Positions 46,884-57,207 of a stretch of 64,000 bases of DNA are shown one piece after another (the stretch's first letter is position 1; each line of letters begins with the position of its first letter). The position numbers were made by a program, and so were the translations under genes. This stretch comes from Candidatus Kerfeldbacteria bacterium (GTDB lineage Bacteria > Patescibacteriota > Patescibacteriia > UBA9570 > XYC2-FULL-38-9): assembly GCA_043813585.1 (NCBI GenBank), contig JBDRKW010000006.1, positions 79,444-143,443 of the forward strand. Reading direction: 5' to 3'. The notes beneath the pieces are model-generated. The model had not been told where the DNA came from and searched no databases. It saw only the letters and a program-made list of their open reading frames with translations.

Positions 46884-49019
46884 TTACTCTTCGTCTTCGT
46901 CGTCCGCTACAACGCCGCCGCGATCCTCAACGATCTTATTTGATACGTTCTTCGGCACCTGGCTGTATTTCTCGAATTCCATTGAGAAACTCGCCCGTCC
47001 CTGCGTGATAGAACGTAATTGCGTTGCGTAGCCGAACATTTCGGACAGCGGAACGGTCGCTTCAACAACCTTCATATTGCCGCGATCGGTCATTTCGCCG
47101 ATCTGTCCGCGCTTTGAGTTCAGGTCGCCCATCACATCGCCCATGAAATCTTCAGGCGTCACCACCTCAACACTCATGACCGGCTCGAGCAGCACAGGTC
47201 CCGCTCTGCGTGCGGCGGTTTTGAACGCCTTGGAACCGGCTATTTTGAACGCCGCTTCAGACGAGTCAACGTCATGGTACGAACCGTCAATCAGACGAAC
47301 CTTGATATCCAGCAGAGGATATCCGGCAACAATGCCGCGGTCCATGGCTTCCCTTACGCCTTTCTCAATAGGCGCAATAAATTCGCGCGGAATGGATCCG
47401 CCTTTAGTCTGATCCACAAACTCGAAGTGTTTCTTCTCTTCCTCATCTTCCGGCTGTACATACGGCTCGACAATAAGCACGCAATGGCCGTACTGTCCGC
47501 GGCCGCCGGTCTGCTTGACGTACTTCTCTTCGCCTTCAGCTTCCTTAGTAATAGTTTCCTTGTACGCCACCTGCGGCTGGCCGATATTCGCCTCGACATT
47601 GAACTCGCGCTTCATGCGGTCGATGATGATGTCCAGATGCAGCTCGCCCATGCCGGACAATACCGTCTGGTTCGTCTCTTCATCGGATTTGACGCGCAGG
47701 GTAGGATCCTCTTCCACCAGGCGCTGGATCGCAATGCCCATCTTTTCCTGGTCTGCCTTGGTTTTCGGCTCAACCGCAATGGAAATGACCGGTTCCGGGA
47801 AGGTAATCTGTTCCAGAACAATTGGATGCTCCGGATCGCACAGCGTGCTGCCGGTAATGGTTTCTTTCAGGCCGACTGCAGCGGCAATGTCTCCGGCGCA
47901 GATCTCTTCAATTTCTTCGCGGGAATTTGCATGCATGCGGACCAGGCGCGAAATGCGTTCCTTGTTGCCAGTGGTCATGTTCAGCACGTACGAACCTGAT
48001 TTTAGCACGCCCGAATAGACGCGGATAAAAATAAGCTTTCCGACATACGGGTCAGTCGCCACTTTAAAGGCCAACGCTGCCAGCGGCTGATCATCATCAG
48101 TGGTGCGCTCGATTTCTTTCTCCAGGTCGTCTGCGTCATGCCCGATGGTCGGAGGAAGGTCAAGCGGCGACGGCAGGTAGGCCGTCACTGCATCCAGCAT
48201 GTACTGGACGCCTTTATTTTTTAGAGCCGAACCGCACAGCACCGGAACGATATCGTTCGCGATTGTTGCCACACGCAGCACCCTTATGATATCTGCTTCG
48301 CTGATCTCCTTGCCTTCGAGGTAATCATTCATCAGTGCTTCGTCATTTTCAACCACTGCCTCAACCAGTTCCGCGCGATATTTCTCAACTTTGTCTTTCA
48401 TGTCCTCGGGCACGTCGACTTCCTCAAAATCAGTTCCCATTTCATCCTTATAAATGACCGCTTTGCGACGGATGATGTCGATGATGCCCTGGAAGGTGTC
48501 AGCCGCGCCAATCGGCAGCTGAATCGGGAACGCACGCTTGGTCAGGCGGTTATGGATTGAATCCATGTCCTTGTAGAAGTCCGCGCCAGTGCGGTCCATC
48601 TTATTGATGAACGCCAGCCGCGGTACGCTGTACTTGTCTGCCTGGTGCCATACGGTCTCGGACTGCGGTTCAACGCCGGCAACGCCGTCAAATATCACAA
48701 CGCCGCCGTCCAGAACGCGGAGCGAGCGCTCCACCTCTACCGTGAAGTCAACGTGGCCCGGGGTATCGATGATATTGATCTTGGTGTCTTTCCAGAACGC
48801 CGTTGTCGCGGCAGCAGTAATCGTAATGCCGCGCTCCTGTTCCTGTTCCATCCAGTCCATGGTGGCTTCGCCCTCATGCACTTCGCCGATCTTATGCGTG
48901 CGGCCGGTATAAAACAGGACGCGCTCGGTGACCGTCGTCTTTCCCGCGTCAATATGGGCGATAATGCCGATATTGCGAGTTTTTTCCAATGGATAGTGTA
49001 CTTTTTCTTCTTCTGACAT
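46884..49019 (-). CDS. fusA: Elongation factor G
   Basis: 711 aa. [22 protein letters not shown], and domains II-V are conserved. Confidence 0.95.
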   Translation of the reverse strand: MSEEEKVHYPLEKTRNIGIIAHIDAGKTTVTERVLFYTGRTHKIGEVHEGEATMDWMEQEQERGITITAAATTAFWKDTKINIIDTPGHVDFTVEVERSLRVLDGGVVIFDGVAGVEPQSETVWHQADKYSVPRLAFINKMDRTGADFYKDMDSIHNRLTKRAFPIQLPIGAADTFQGIIDIIRRKAVIYKDEMGTDFEEVDVPEDMKDKVEKYRAELVEAVVENDEALMNDYLEGKEISEADIIRVLRVATIANDIVPVLCGSALKNKGVQYMLDAVTAYLPSPLDLPPTIGHDADDLEKEIERTTDDDQPLAALAFKVATDPYVGKLIFIRVYSGVLKSGSYVLNMTTGNKERISRLVRMHANSREEIEEICAGDIAAAVGLKETITGSTLCDPEHPIVLEQITFPEPVISIAVEPKTKADQEKMGIAIQRLVEEDPTLRVKSDEETNQTVLSGMGELHLDIIIDRMKREFNVEANIGQPQVAYKETITKEAEGEEKYVKQTGGRGQYGHCVLIVEPYVQPEDEEEKKHFEFVDQTKGGSIPREFIAPIEKGVREAMDRGIVAGYPLLDIKVRLIDGSYHDVDSSEAAFKIAGSKAFKTAARRAGPVLLEPVMSVEVVTPEDFMGDVMGDLNSKRGQIGEMTDRGNMKVVEATVPLSEMFGYATQLRSITQGRASFSMEFEKYSQVPKNVSNKIVEDRGGVVADDEDEE

Positions 49020-49044
49020 ATCGTTATCTCTGTTTCATTATAGG

Positions 49045-49509
49045 TTATGCAAAGTGAGCAAATGCGCGGTTGGATTCTGCCATGCGCTGGACATCTTCCT
49101 TCCTCTTCATCGCGTCTCCTTCGCCGTTCGCCGCATCCATAATTTCGAGAGCGAGTTTTTCCCGCATTGGCTTGCCCTTGCGCTTGCTTGCCGCCTCAAT
49201 AATCCAACGGCTGGCCAGCGTGAACCGGCGTTCCGGCCGGACCTCGATAGGCACCTGGTAGTTTGCACCGCCAATACGGCGAGCGCGCACTTCAAGTGAC
49301 GGTGTGATGTTCTGCATCGCCTTCAGCCATGCATCATACCCAGGCTCGCCTGTCTTTTTTTCGACAAGATCAAACGCGCCGTAGACAATTTTGGTCGCCT
49401 TGGTTTTCTTGCCGCCTTTCATGATGTAATTGATGAACTTTGCTACCTGTGTTGAATTGTAACGTTCATCTGGTTTTATATCTCTCTTTGGAGCTTGTTT
49501 GCCTCTCAT
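49045..49509 (-). CDS. rpsG: 30S ribosomal protein S7
   Basis: 154 aa. MRGKQAPKRDIKPDERYNS. Confidence 0.9.
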   Translation of the reverse strand: MRGKQAPKRDIKPDERYNSTQVAKFINYIMKGGKKTKATKIVYGAFDLVEKKTGEPGYDAWLKAMQNITPSLEVRARRIGGANYQVPIEVRPERRFTLASRWIIEAASKRKGKPMREKLALEIMDAANGEGDAMKRKEDVQRMAESNRAFAHFA

Positions 49510-49521
49510 ATGTATCTGTTA

Positions 49522-49944
49522 TTAATCGCCTTTCGGTTTCTTCACCCCATAGATCGAACGGGACTGTTTGCGTCCGTCAACGCCCTGCGTATCATACACG
49601 CCGCGCACGACGCGGTAGCGAACGCCCGGCAGATCCGGCACGCGGCCACCTTTGATCATGACGATGCTGTGTTCCTGCAAGTTGTGGCCCTCGCCCGGGA
49701 TATAGGCGGTGACTTCCATTCCATTTGAAAGACGGACACGCGCAATCTTCCGAAGCGCCGAGTTCGGCTTGGTCGGAGTGGTCGTGGTTACTTTGATGCA
49801 CACACCGCGCTTGAAAGCAGAGCCTTTCGGCAGCTTTGTGCGGCGGCGCTTGAGTGCGTTCATTGTGGTTTGGAGCGCAGGGGTTTTGGACTTCTTTTTG
49901 GACTGTTTCCGACCTTTGCGCACCAATTGATTCGTTGTAGGCAT
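49522..49944 (-). CDS. rpsL: 30S ribosomal protein S12
   Basis: 140 aa. [13 protein letters not shown] ... [10 protein letters not shown]. Confidence 0.9.
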   Translation of the reverse strand: MPTTNQLVRKGRKQSKKKSKTPALQTTMNALKRRRTKLPKGSAFKRGVCIKVTTTTPTKPNSALRKIARVRLSNGMEVTAYIPGEGHNLQEHSIVMIKGGRVPDLPGVRYRVVRGVYDTQGVDGRKQSRSIYGVKKPKGD

Positions 49945-50281
49945 GGTTTAGATTATTTTGTAATTCAATACTGTTTCGCCACGCTTGGTCGCGGTGTTTT
50001 TTCTCGTTCGAGGAGAGATTCTCTCTCGAATAAAACACGCGCTCCCGTCGGGCGAAACAACCTCCGTATTTAGTTGAAGTTCTAAACTATGACCTTCTCA
50101 GTTCTATTGAACGTCATAACTTGGAATCTTCCATCTTTCATTGTCAGCGTACATTTCAGCCATGAAATGCAGACGCTTGGAACCGAAACGATTGTACGAT
50201 ATGCGGTGCGCCCTGTCAAGCAGCGCCGGTTCTTGCGGCAAATCGCAGTGCGCGGTACAATAGCAGTGCAAATAAATACCT

Positions 50282-50527
50282 ATGGGTTTAGAAATCCTTC
50301 CAAATTTTCTCTTTCTGGCAAAAGCAATCGTTATCGCTGTTGGTGTCATAACGCTGTTTGTTATCATCGCAGCGATGATAGAGTTCTACATCCACCGCGG
50401 CAAAAAGGATAAAGAAGAGGAGATGAAAGGCCATGTAATAAACGGCCTCATCGCTGTCGTCATTGCGCTGATTGTCTACCTGCTGCTTTCAGGCATAGGT
50501 CCGGCGTTCAACGCGCTGTTCAGATAA
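50282..50527 (+). CDS. Small two-TM membrane protein (pilin-like topology)
   Basis: 81 aa. Two hydrophobic helices separated by HRGKKDKEEEMKGH. Followed directly by a terminator. Family is speculative. Confidence 0.35.
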   Translation: MGLEILPNFLFLAKAIVIAVGVITLFVIIAAMIEFYIHRGKKDKEEEMKGHVINGLIAVVIALIVYLLLSGIGPAFNALFR

Positions 50528-50537
50528 CGCACCAATC

Positions 50538-50567
50538 GAAAAACCGCCAACCGGGCGGCTTTTTTTA
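50538..50567. terminator. Bidirectional Rho-independent terminator
   Basis: AAAAACCGCC-AACC-GGGCGGCTTTTTTT. Serves the plus-strand small gene and the convergent site-2 protease gene. Confidence 0.5.
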
Positions 50568-50578
50568 ATTCCCTTCTT

Positions 50579-51265
50579 TTATGTATTGAAAAACCCCAGC
50601 AATGCGCCGATAACCGCATCTGCCGTATCAGCGGAGATAAACGACACTCCGGCCATGAACAGACCGAATGCGAGCTGGATCAAAAACCCGATGGCCGAAC
50701 CGCCGAAAAAGATCAGCAGCATCAGAATCCAGATGCCGTACCGTTCCAGAACCATCACAATATCCGGACGCTTTGGTGCTAAAAACGTATACAGGATTTT
50801 AGAGCCGTCCAGTGGAGGAATTGGAATGAGGTTGAACACCGCCAGCAGGATATTGATATAGATCAGCAGGGTGAAAAACAGCACCATGAAATTGGTCGGC
50901 TCAAGCGGCATGAAGCTGTTAATGACGACCAGAACTACGCTGATAACTGCGGCCACAATGATATTTGAAATCGGGCCGGCGAGCGCGACCAATGCCGGGC
51001 CGAAGCGCTTGTACTTCAAATTATACGGATTGAACGGCGTCGGCTTTGCCCATCCGAATCCAATCAATACCAGCAGCGCAAATCCGATCCAGTCGATATG
51101 GGCCAGCGGATTCAATGTGAGCCTGCCCTCCCCTTCCGCAGTCGGGTCGCCCTGCAGTTTTGCAGACAAACCGTGCGAAAATTCATGAATCGTTAACGCA
51201 ACAACAATTGCGAGCACCCAAATGAGAAACGCAGCCGGGTTGTCGAATAATTTAAATAACAGCAT
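50579..51265 (-). CDS. Site-2 protease family zinc metalloprotease (M50)
   Basis: Start refined to MLLFKLFDNP (ATG at 51265). HEFSHG (HExxH) in TM1 and NLIPIPPLDGSK (LDG motif). Multi-pass membrane protein. Confidence 0.75.
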   Translation of the reverse strand: MLLFKLFDNPAAFLIWVLAIVVALTIHEFSHGLSAKLQGDPTAEGEGRLTLNPLAHIDWIGFALLVLIGFGWAKPTPFNPYNLKYKRFGPALVALAGPISNIIVAAVISVVLVVINSFMPLEPTNFMVLFFTLLIYINILLAVFNLIPIPPLDGSKILYTFLAPKRPDIVMVLERYGIWILMLLIFFGGSAIGFLIQLAFGLFMAGVSFISADTADAVIGALLGFFNT

Positions 51266-51333
51266 ATTGACATTATAACAGCCTTCATTTATACTCCGAA
51301 GGCTTGTGTCATTATTACTGAAAAACACGACAT

Positions 51334-51510
51334 ATGTCAAAAGTCTGCGACGTCTGCAGCCGCGGATATCTGAAGGGCAACTCCCGCTCTCACTCCAATA
51401 TTGCCACAATTAAGCGCCAGCAGCTGAATTTACAGAGCGCAACCATCAACGGCAAGAAAGTGAAAGCGTGCACCCGATGCATCCGCAACGCAGCTCAAGG
51501 TAAAATCTAG
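51334..51510 (+). CDS. rpmB: 50S ribosomal protein L28
   Basis: Not in the ORF track (58 aa). Translation MSKVCDVCSRGYLKGNSRSHSNIATIKRQQLNLQSATINGKKVKACTRCIRNAAQGKI matches the L28 pattern (MSKVC.VCGK...GN.VSHSN....R...NLQ). A hairpin terminator follows at ~51513-51548. Confidence 0.8.
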   Translation: MSKVCDVCSRGYLKGNSRSHSNIATIKRQQLNLQSATINGKKVKACTRCIRNAAQGKI

Positions 51511-51561
51511 AAGCACCCTGGCAGGAAGACACCGCAGGGTGTTTTTGGTATACTTTTAACA

Positions 51562-52143
51562 ATGGCTGCTAAAAAGAACAAAAAAATCAACCCCTTCCTG
51601 CGCATTCTGCTAATGACAAATGCGCTGATTGTTTTTGCCGGCGCTACCCTGGGCCCGATCCTGGCGCTGTATATTGAAGACCTGGGCGGCGACCTGCTTG
51701 CGGCCAGCGGCGCGGCCAGCCTCTACGCGATTGTGGCCGGCATGACGGTTTTTTTCATCAGCAAGTGGGAGGACAGAATCAAGCATCAGGAACGCCTTGT
51801 GGTTGTCGGCTATATCATTATTGCCCTTTCGTTTTTCAGCTACCTGCTGATCAAAACACCAGTACACCTTTTTATAGTGCAGATCTTCATCGGACTCGGG
51901 GAAGCTATCTATATTCCCGCATATGACGCGCTCTATTCGCGGAATCTCGACGACCATAAAGAGGCATCCGAATGGGGCGCATGGGAAGCGATGGCCTACA
52001 TCGTCTCTGCTGCCGGAGCGCTTATCGGAGGCGTGATCGTAACAGTATATGGATTTGATCCGCTGTTCGTTATTATGGGCCTGCTGACGCTTGTCAGTGC
52101 ATTCGGTATGCAATACATGTATAAGAAAAACTCGGCATCATAG
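51562..52143 (+). CDS. Six-TM membrane protein (half-MFS-like), hypothetical
   Basis: 193 aa with six hydrophobic segments. No diagnostic transporter motifs. Confidence 0.45.
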   Translation: MAAKKNKKINPFLRILLMTNALIVFAGATLGPILALYIEDLGGDLLAASGAASLYAIVAGMTVFFISKWEDRIKHQERLVVVGYIIIALSFFSYLLIKTPVHLFIVQIFIGLGEAIYIPAYDALYSRNLDDHKEASEWGAWEAMAYIVSAAGALIGGVIVTVYGFDPLFVIMGLLTLVSAFGMQYMYKKNSAS

Positions 52144-52173
52144 CCGAGCCTTTCATAATCATTTTGATGCCGG

Positions 52174-52752
52174 TTACACTTTGAACCGGTTATTTACAAC
52201 TGACCAGTCAATCGCATTAAAGAACGCTTCGATATAATCAGCGCGCTTCATTCCATAATCCATCACAAAGGCGTGCTCAAAGACATCCATAACAAGAAGA
52301 GGCGTACAGCCGGAAAGGTGGCCAACATCATGTTCGTTCACCCAGGTATTAAAGAGCCGCTTTGAAGACAAATCAAGGTACAAAACAGTCCAACCGATGC
52401 CACGCATACTACCAGTCGCAATAAAGTCTTCTTTCCATGAATGTTCCTTTACGCCAAAGTCAGCATCCATCTGCCTGATCAGCTCAGGACACTCTTCTTT
52501 ACAACTGCTCTCCTCCTTGGTCATATTTTCAAAATAGAGCTCGTGAAGACGCATGCCGTTGAACTCCCAGCCAAACCGGCGCTTCAGTTCGTCCCATTCA
52601 GGTGAAACCAGGTTCTTGTCCGCCAACTGTTCAATGAGCTTGTTGGTGTTTTTTACGTAGCCTTCATATAAACCAAAGTGCGTTGTCAGCAGCTCTTCGC
52701 TGAATCCGTCCAACCCGATTAATTGAGAGAAATCTTTTGCTTCGTATGCCAT
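52174..52752 (-). CDS. sod: Superoxide dismutase (Fe/Mn family)
   Basis: 192 aa. Metal-binding His/Asp/His framework with DVFEHAF (canonical DVWEHAYY region). Confidence 0.9.
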   Translation of the reverse strand: MAYEAKDFSQLIGLDGFSEELLTTHFGLYEGYVKNTNKLIEQLADKNLVSPEWDELKRRFGWEFNGMRLHELYFENMTKEESSCKEECPELIRQMDADFGVKEHSWKEDFIATGSMRGIGWTVLYLDLSSKRLFNTWVNEHDVGHLSGCTPLLVMDVFEHAFVMDYGMKRADYIEAFFNAIDWSVVNNRFKV

Positions 52753-52810
52753 AGTAATATTTATTGTTTAGTAAAATTATAGTAACACTTTTTACAGCCA
52801 AGCCCAACTG

Positions 52811-54073
52811 CTACTGAAATGCACTGAATATCGCTTCATTCCCTGACAGCATTGAATCAATTTCGCGCAATGCAACGCGCCGCGCGATCCATGGCGGGAC
52901 AAATCCTCGCTTGTAGGCGACGACTCCTGCCCGTTTCAATACTCCGGTTTTCCTTTTCCGTTCATCCGCTTCCTTCATCCGCTGAAAATTTTTCTCGGCG
53001 ATTTCAACGCCGATGCTATATGGACTGCGCCGCGTGCGCTTGGAAATGTTCACAATTTCCTTCAGTTGTTTTCCAAGAAAATTCCGTAAAACCTGGTCGA
53101 TCGTCCCGTCTGACAATCCGGCAAATTCCATCATATTGCCGAGCACGCCTCCGCAGTTAGTAACAAAGTCCGGTAGATACATATGATCATTGTCATGCAA
53201 ATACATCTCTGCCGCTTCTGTAACAGGATTATTCGCACCAGAACATATTGCTAAAGCTTTGATCGCTTGCATATTATTTTCGTTTATCTGTCCGCTTCGG
53301 CCACAGGGACACAAAATATCTACCGGTAATTCAAGTAACTGTTCTTTTGGTAATTGCTCCGCCTTTTCATACTGTAAAATCCACGCGTCTTCCGGCTGGC
53401 TGTCCGGCACCGTACTGTGTTCAGTAATGAAACGATCCCGAATCATTAATACATCATCAATATCAAGTCCGTGTTCATCATAAATCGCTCCATCAACAGT
53501 CGAAACGGCAACAACGCGCACGCCTGCTTTATGCAGGCTCTTTGCAAGGGCGCTTCCGACGGCGCCAAACCCTTCAACCGCAACGACTGCGCCGTGCATT
53601 GTCTTACCAATCAGTTCGAATGCAACTTCAACAGTGATGTAAACGGCCACGCTTGTCAGCTCGCCGGAACGCGGGCTGCCGGTTGACCGTTTATACACCG
53701 GCTTGCCTATGTGTTCATACATTCCCTTCATAAGTTGTGTGCTTGTGCCCATGTCGGGCCCCGGGATATAATCCTCGCTGATAATGCGCTCGCGCAACAG
53801 CTCGCCGAACCGGTTCAGAAACAGCGTTTTGGTTTCATCCGTTGCGTCCTTTTCGACAATAATGCCGCTCTTTGCTCCGCCACGGGGCACCCCCATAAAC
53901 CCCTGTTTCAATGTCATCGCCCGCGCCAGATCCCGTACTTCCCGCTCGGTCACGCCGGGAAGCATTCGAATCCCCCCGCATGAACGGCCGCGGACAGTCG
54001 AATCAACAACAAACCATCCGTTCAGACCGATCGCATCGTCTTTAAGTTCGATGACTTCTTCAGGCACATTCAT
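52811..54073 (-). CDS. gdh: Glutamate dehydrogenase (Glu/Leu/Phe/Val dehydrogenase family)
   Basis: 420 aa. Catalytic Lys region GGAKSGI after CGGIRMLPGV. Rossmann motif GFGAVGS. Confidence 0.85.
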   Translation of the reverse strand: MNVPEEVIELKDDAIGLNGWFVVDSTVRGRSCGGIRMLPGVTEREVRDLARAMTLKQGFMGVPRGGAKSGIIVEKDATDETKTLFLNRFGELLRERIISEDYIPGPDMGTSTQLMKGMYEHIGKPVYKRSTGSPRSGELTSVAVYITVEVAFELIGKTMHGAVVAVEGFGAVGSALAKSLHKAGVRVVAVSTVDGAIYDEHGLDIDDVLMIRDRFITEHSTVPDSQPEDAWILQYEKAEQLPKEQLLELPVDILCPCGRSGQINENNMQAIKALAICSGANNPVTEAAEMYLHDNDHMYLPDFVTNCGGVLGNMMEFAGLSDGTIDQVLRNFLGKQLKEIVNISKRTRRSPYSIGVEIAEKNFQRMKEADERKRKTGVLKRAGVVAYKRGFVPPWIARRVALREIDSMLSGNEAIFSAFQ

Positions 54074-55353
54074 ACATGATCCTTATGTATCGATGATTTC
54101 ACAACACAATACTTTCCGCTCGCCTCGCGGGGAATGGAATCCACCTCCTGAACGGATATGGCCATACCGGTGCCGAGCACTTTCTGAAGCTCTTCCCGTA
54201 TGGTTGATTTCACAACCGGCGCGTAGCTGGTGTTCGGCTCGATAAACACCGTAATATGGTCAGCATCATCCTGTACCACCTGATATTGGGCAATATGCTC
54301 GAAGCAACAATCCTGCAGCACGTTCGTGAGCGTATACGGCGCAATATGCCGGTCGCCCGCCTTCACATAATCAACGCAACGGCCTAGAACGACGTCCATA
54401 AGCGGAAACGGGTTGCCGCACCCGCATTCGTCCGCACGCAGCACGCCGCGGTCGCCGATGTCATAGCGGATCAGCGGCATGGCCCGGTTCTTCAGCGAGG
54501 TCACGATAATGTCGCCTTCCTCCCCAGGAGCAACCGGTTTTCCATTGTTCAACATTTCAACATAAAACAGGTCCGAATTTATATGATATCCGTTCTTGCA
54601 CGGACACTGGACTGCAATCTCCTTAAACTCCGTAGATCCGTACACGTCATACGCACGGCAGCCAAATGTACGTTCCAGCTCCTCCTGCCGGCGCGGCTGG
54701 ATCAATTCCGAACTGGTGAATATCAAACGCGGACGGAACCAGTCAACGCCGTGCTCTTTGACGTGCGCTGCCAATTCATACATATACGACGGGCTCCCGT
54801 ACAGTACATCCGGTTTAACTCGTCGGTAAAAATCCAGATGCTCGCTGAGCGGCTGGTCGATGCTCAACATATGGCGGCGGATCACGTTCCGCGCAAGCCA
54901 CGAATTTTTCTCCCGCACCTCTTCGGTCGGCCGGTCATCTACGGTGACGACAACATCCCCGAACCGCATGCCGCACCATAGTTTGGAACGAATTTTAGCG
55001 GCATATTTCAACAGCAGCCAGTCCGAAGTATTAAAATATGTTGAAACGGGCTGGCCTGTGGAACCGCTTGACGTTGACATCTTCAACTGCTCCTTTACGA
55101 ATGGACGCGCGACCATAGCATCGCCCGCCTTCTGAACATCGCTCTTTTTCGTAACCGGAATGTGCTGCAGGTCTGCAAGCGTATCTACTGTGAGTCCTTC
55201 GCTCTTCTTTCCCTGTAACCCGGATTGATAAAACGGCACCGAGGCAAACGCATGGCTTATTGACGATTGCAACGACCACCATTGCAGTTGACGCAGCTCC
55301 TCCGGTGACTTGTGCTGGTTCCGCCACAACGCGACTAATTCTTGAACTATCAT
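54070..55353 (-). CDS. Phenylacetate-CoA ligase-like adenylate-forming enzyme (PaaK/CapK/F390 synthetase family)
   Basis: Start refined to MIVQELVALW (ATG at 55353, to avoid overlapping tRNA-Gly). AMP-binding motif TSSGSTGQP. Overall PaaK-like length and motifs. Confidence 0.65.
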   Translation of the reverse strand: MIVQELVALWRNQHKSPEELRQLQWWSLQSSISHAFASVPFYQSGLQGKKSEGLTVDTLADLQHIPVTKKSDVQKAGDAMVARPFVKEQLKMSTSSGSTGQPVSTYFNTSDWLLLKYAAKIRSKLWCGMRFGDVVVTVDDRPTEEVREKNSWLARNVIRRHMLSIDQPLSEHLDFYRRVKPDVLYGSPSYMYELAAHVKEHGVDWFRPRLIFTSSELIQPRRQEELERTFGCRAYDVYGSTEFKEIAVQCPCKNGYHINSDLFYVEMLNNGKPVAPGEEGDIIVTSLKNRAMPLIRYDIGDRGVLRADECGCGNPFPLMDVVLGRCVDYVKAGDRHIAPYTLTNVLQDCCFEHIAQYQVVQDDADHITVFIEPNTSYAPVVKSTIREELQKVLGTGMAISVQEVDSIPREASGKYCVVKSSIHKDHV

Positions 55354-55356
55354 ATG

Positions 55357-55427
55357 AGCGGGATACGGGGATCGAACCCGTGCCTCAAGCTTGGGAAGCT
55401 TACGTACTACCACTATACTAATCCCGC
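55357..55427 (-). tRNA. tRNA-Gly (anticodon CCC)
   Basis: The reverse complement GCGGGAUUAGUAUAGUGGUAGUACGUAAGCUUCCCAAGCUUGAGGCACGGGUUCGAUCCCCGUAUCCCGCU folds as a cloverleaf. Anticodon loop is UUCCCAA. Confidence 0.85.
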
Positions 55428-55473
55428 GCGACGCTGAACGTCAGCGCACGAATAGCGTACTGGATTTGCCAAA

Positions 55474-56724
55474 TTATTTCAACCGCTTTTCAACGCGTTC
55501 GCGAAAACGGGTCACGTCAATTGAATCGCCGAGCACGCGGTTGTGTTTCCACATATTGAAAGCCCAGTGGAGAAGCGCATACAGGACAGCTGCCAGGAAC
55601 AATGCGAACAATCCGTACACCAATAAATCTACATATGAAAAAGTAAATAGGTCGCCGACCGCAAGCAGTTCACCGGACGGCGAAGTGAGGTTCATCCGCC
55701 CGCCTGTGATGGTTCCCAGCACGATAACCTCGGCAATTACCCCGATAATAAAAATCATCTGCAGGGTATTCAGCTCCCGCCGCTCGTTGTCGCTGTAAAA
55801 CAGCTGCAGCAGGTTAATGGTGCCTCTCGCGTAATCGCTGGTCATTGCCCACAGGTGCTCCAGGTACGTTTGCGTGGCTTTGAGCGATGCCAGCTCCTCA
55901 AACATGTAAAACGCGTAGTCCTTCACTTTTTTCCGCTCGCCAAGGAATTCGCCAAGCAAATCAAGCGGAGCCCCCATCTGTTTCAGCCGCGCGGAAAAAT
56001 AGCTGATCTGCCGCTCCAGATCCAGCAGGCTGTCGCGCATCACCGGCAGGTCCTTGCTGCGCACCGACGTCTTTTCGCGGATCGCTTCAATGTCTTCCCA
56101 GATAATGCGGTGCAAATGCAGCATCTTCTGCGCCTGGAACTTGTACGCGTTCAAAAACATCAAAAACGGAATCACTTTCACCTCGCGCGCGATCTTCTTC
56201 CGCTCAAACACTACCAGGTGCCGGCCGCTCCAATAGCGACCGACTGACCAGGAATGCCGCTCAACAATGTCATCGTCAAACTGACGGAATAATTTCTTCA
56301 CCTCCGGTTCCGTGGCGCCGGAAACAGTAATGACGAACGGATAAAACTCTTCAATTTTCTGGAATGTGCGCGGTATGGGCGCGCCTCTGCTGTACAACTT
56401 TGACCAATACTTCAGCACCGTGTTCTTGAAGTAATCAGAGAGCTCTTCTGCGTCCTTTTTAGGGCTGGTGATTTTTTTTATTGCCAGGACGATTCCCTCT
56501 TCCGATTGCGCAATGGTCACATCCTTCTTCGTCTCAACGACCACGGCATCAATCGCGCCAGATTCATACCGGACGGACGTCACGCCGAGCGGCGCGATCC
56601 ACTTCTTGAGCTGCTTTTCCGAAAATAGTGCTGATTTATTCTCAGCAGCCGCATTATAAAACTCGCGCAGGTGGATCAGGGTGCGCGGAAGCCAGGTGCC
56701 GATATAGATTGAACTGTATTTCAT
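55474..56724 (-). CDS. Hypothetical protein with large N-terminal soluble domain and two C-terminal TM helices (CorA-like topology)
   Basis: Start refined to MKYSSIYIG (ATG at 56724, GGAGG 8 nt upstream). The first 123 codons of the track ORF are Arg/Cys-rich and look non-coding. Family assignment is weak. Confidence 0.45.
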   Translation of the reverse strand: MKYSSIYIGTWLPRTLIHLREFYNAAAENKSALFSEKQLKKWIAPLGVTSVRYESGAIDAVVVETKKDVTIAQSEEGIVLAIKKITSPKKDAEELSDYFKNTVLKYWSKLYSRGAPIPRTFQKIEEFYPFVITVSGATEPEVKKLFRQFDDDIVERHSWSVGRYWSGRHLVVFERKKIAREVKVIPFLMFLNAYKFQAQKMLHLHRIIWEDIEAIREKTSVRSKDLPVMRDSLLDLERQISYFSARLKQMGAPLDLLGEFLGERKKVKDYAFYMFEELASLKATQTYLEHLWAMTSDYARGTINLLQLFYSDNERRELNTLQMIFIIGVIAEVIVLGTITGGRMNLTSPSGELLAVGDLFTFSYVDLLVYGLFALFLAAVLYALLHWAFNMWKHNRVLGDSIDVTRFRERVEKRLK

Positions 56725-56774
56725 CCTCCGTATAATTATGCCTGCAGTATACAAAAAAAGAGCCGAGCCGTAAA

Positions 56775-56806
56775 CACAAAAGACCCGGCATATACCGGGC
56801 CTTTTC
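56775..56806 (-). terminator. Rho-independent terminator hairpin within the 480-nt gap
   Basis: CCCGG-CATATA-CCGGG stem-loop followed by TCTTTTGTGTTT on the minus strand. Confidence 0.45.
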
Positions 56807-57207
56807 GTGATACCTCTGGCCCACCTCATCCTAGCTTCCATACTTACAGTTGGGCTTCGCCGTGGTGATTCGGCCATTGCTACGCTACCCTGGCAACGCA
56901 GTCGAAACCGCGTCGCATCAGTAATGCAGTAGCACATATGTACCGCAATGGGTCGCCTCTGAACCGGAGTTCTGGAGTACAGACCCAAGCAAGAAACTAT
57001 TTGGTGAAGCAGGATATGGTGGGCAGAGCGCCCTATTGAAAGGACACCTTCATTATACAATCGTGAATGCATACCGCGCAAGGGGTCATACACAGATTTT
57101 TCACAGCTTGTTTTTTCACCCGAAGGTTAGCGGTGAATATGCCATTTTTCCGAAAAAAAGAGAGGACCGGCAGGTGTCTGCACGAATCCTCTTCCTTTGA
57201 CTTCTCT

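Noticed and set aside
45831-47031. ORFs 45831..46163(-) and 46072..47031(+)
   Set aside because: Alternative-frame or antisense readings of the GC-rich DGR target gene and the fusA 3' region.
56725-57207. tmRNA, RNase P RNA or SRP RNA in the 480-nt gap
   Set aside because: Conserved cores could not be found by eye: RNase P P4 GGAAAGUCCGG/ACAGAACCCGGCUUA, SRP domain IV GGAAGGAAGCAGC, and the tmRNA tRNA-like 3' end. It is left as an unassigned candidate RNA.
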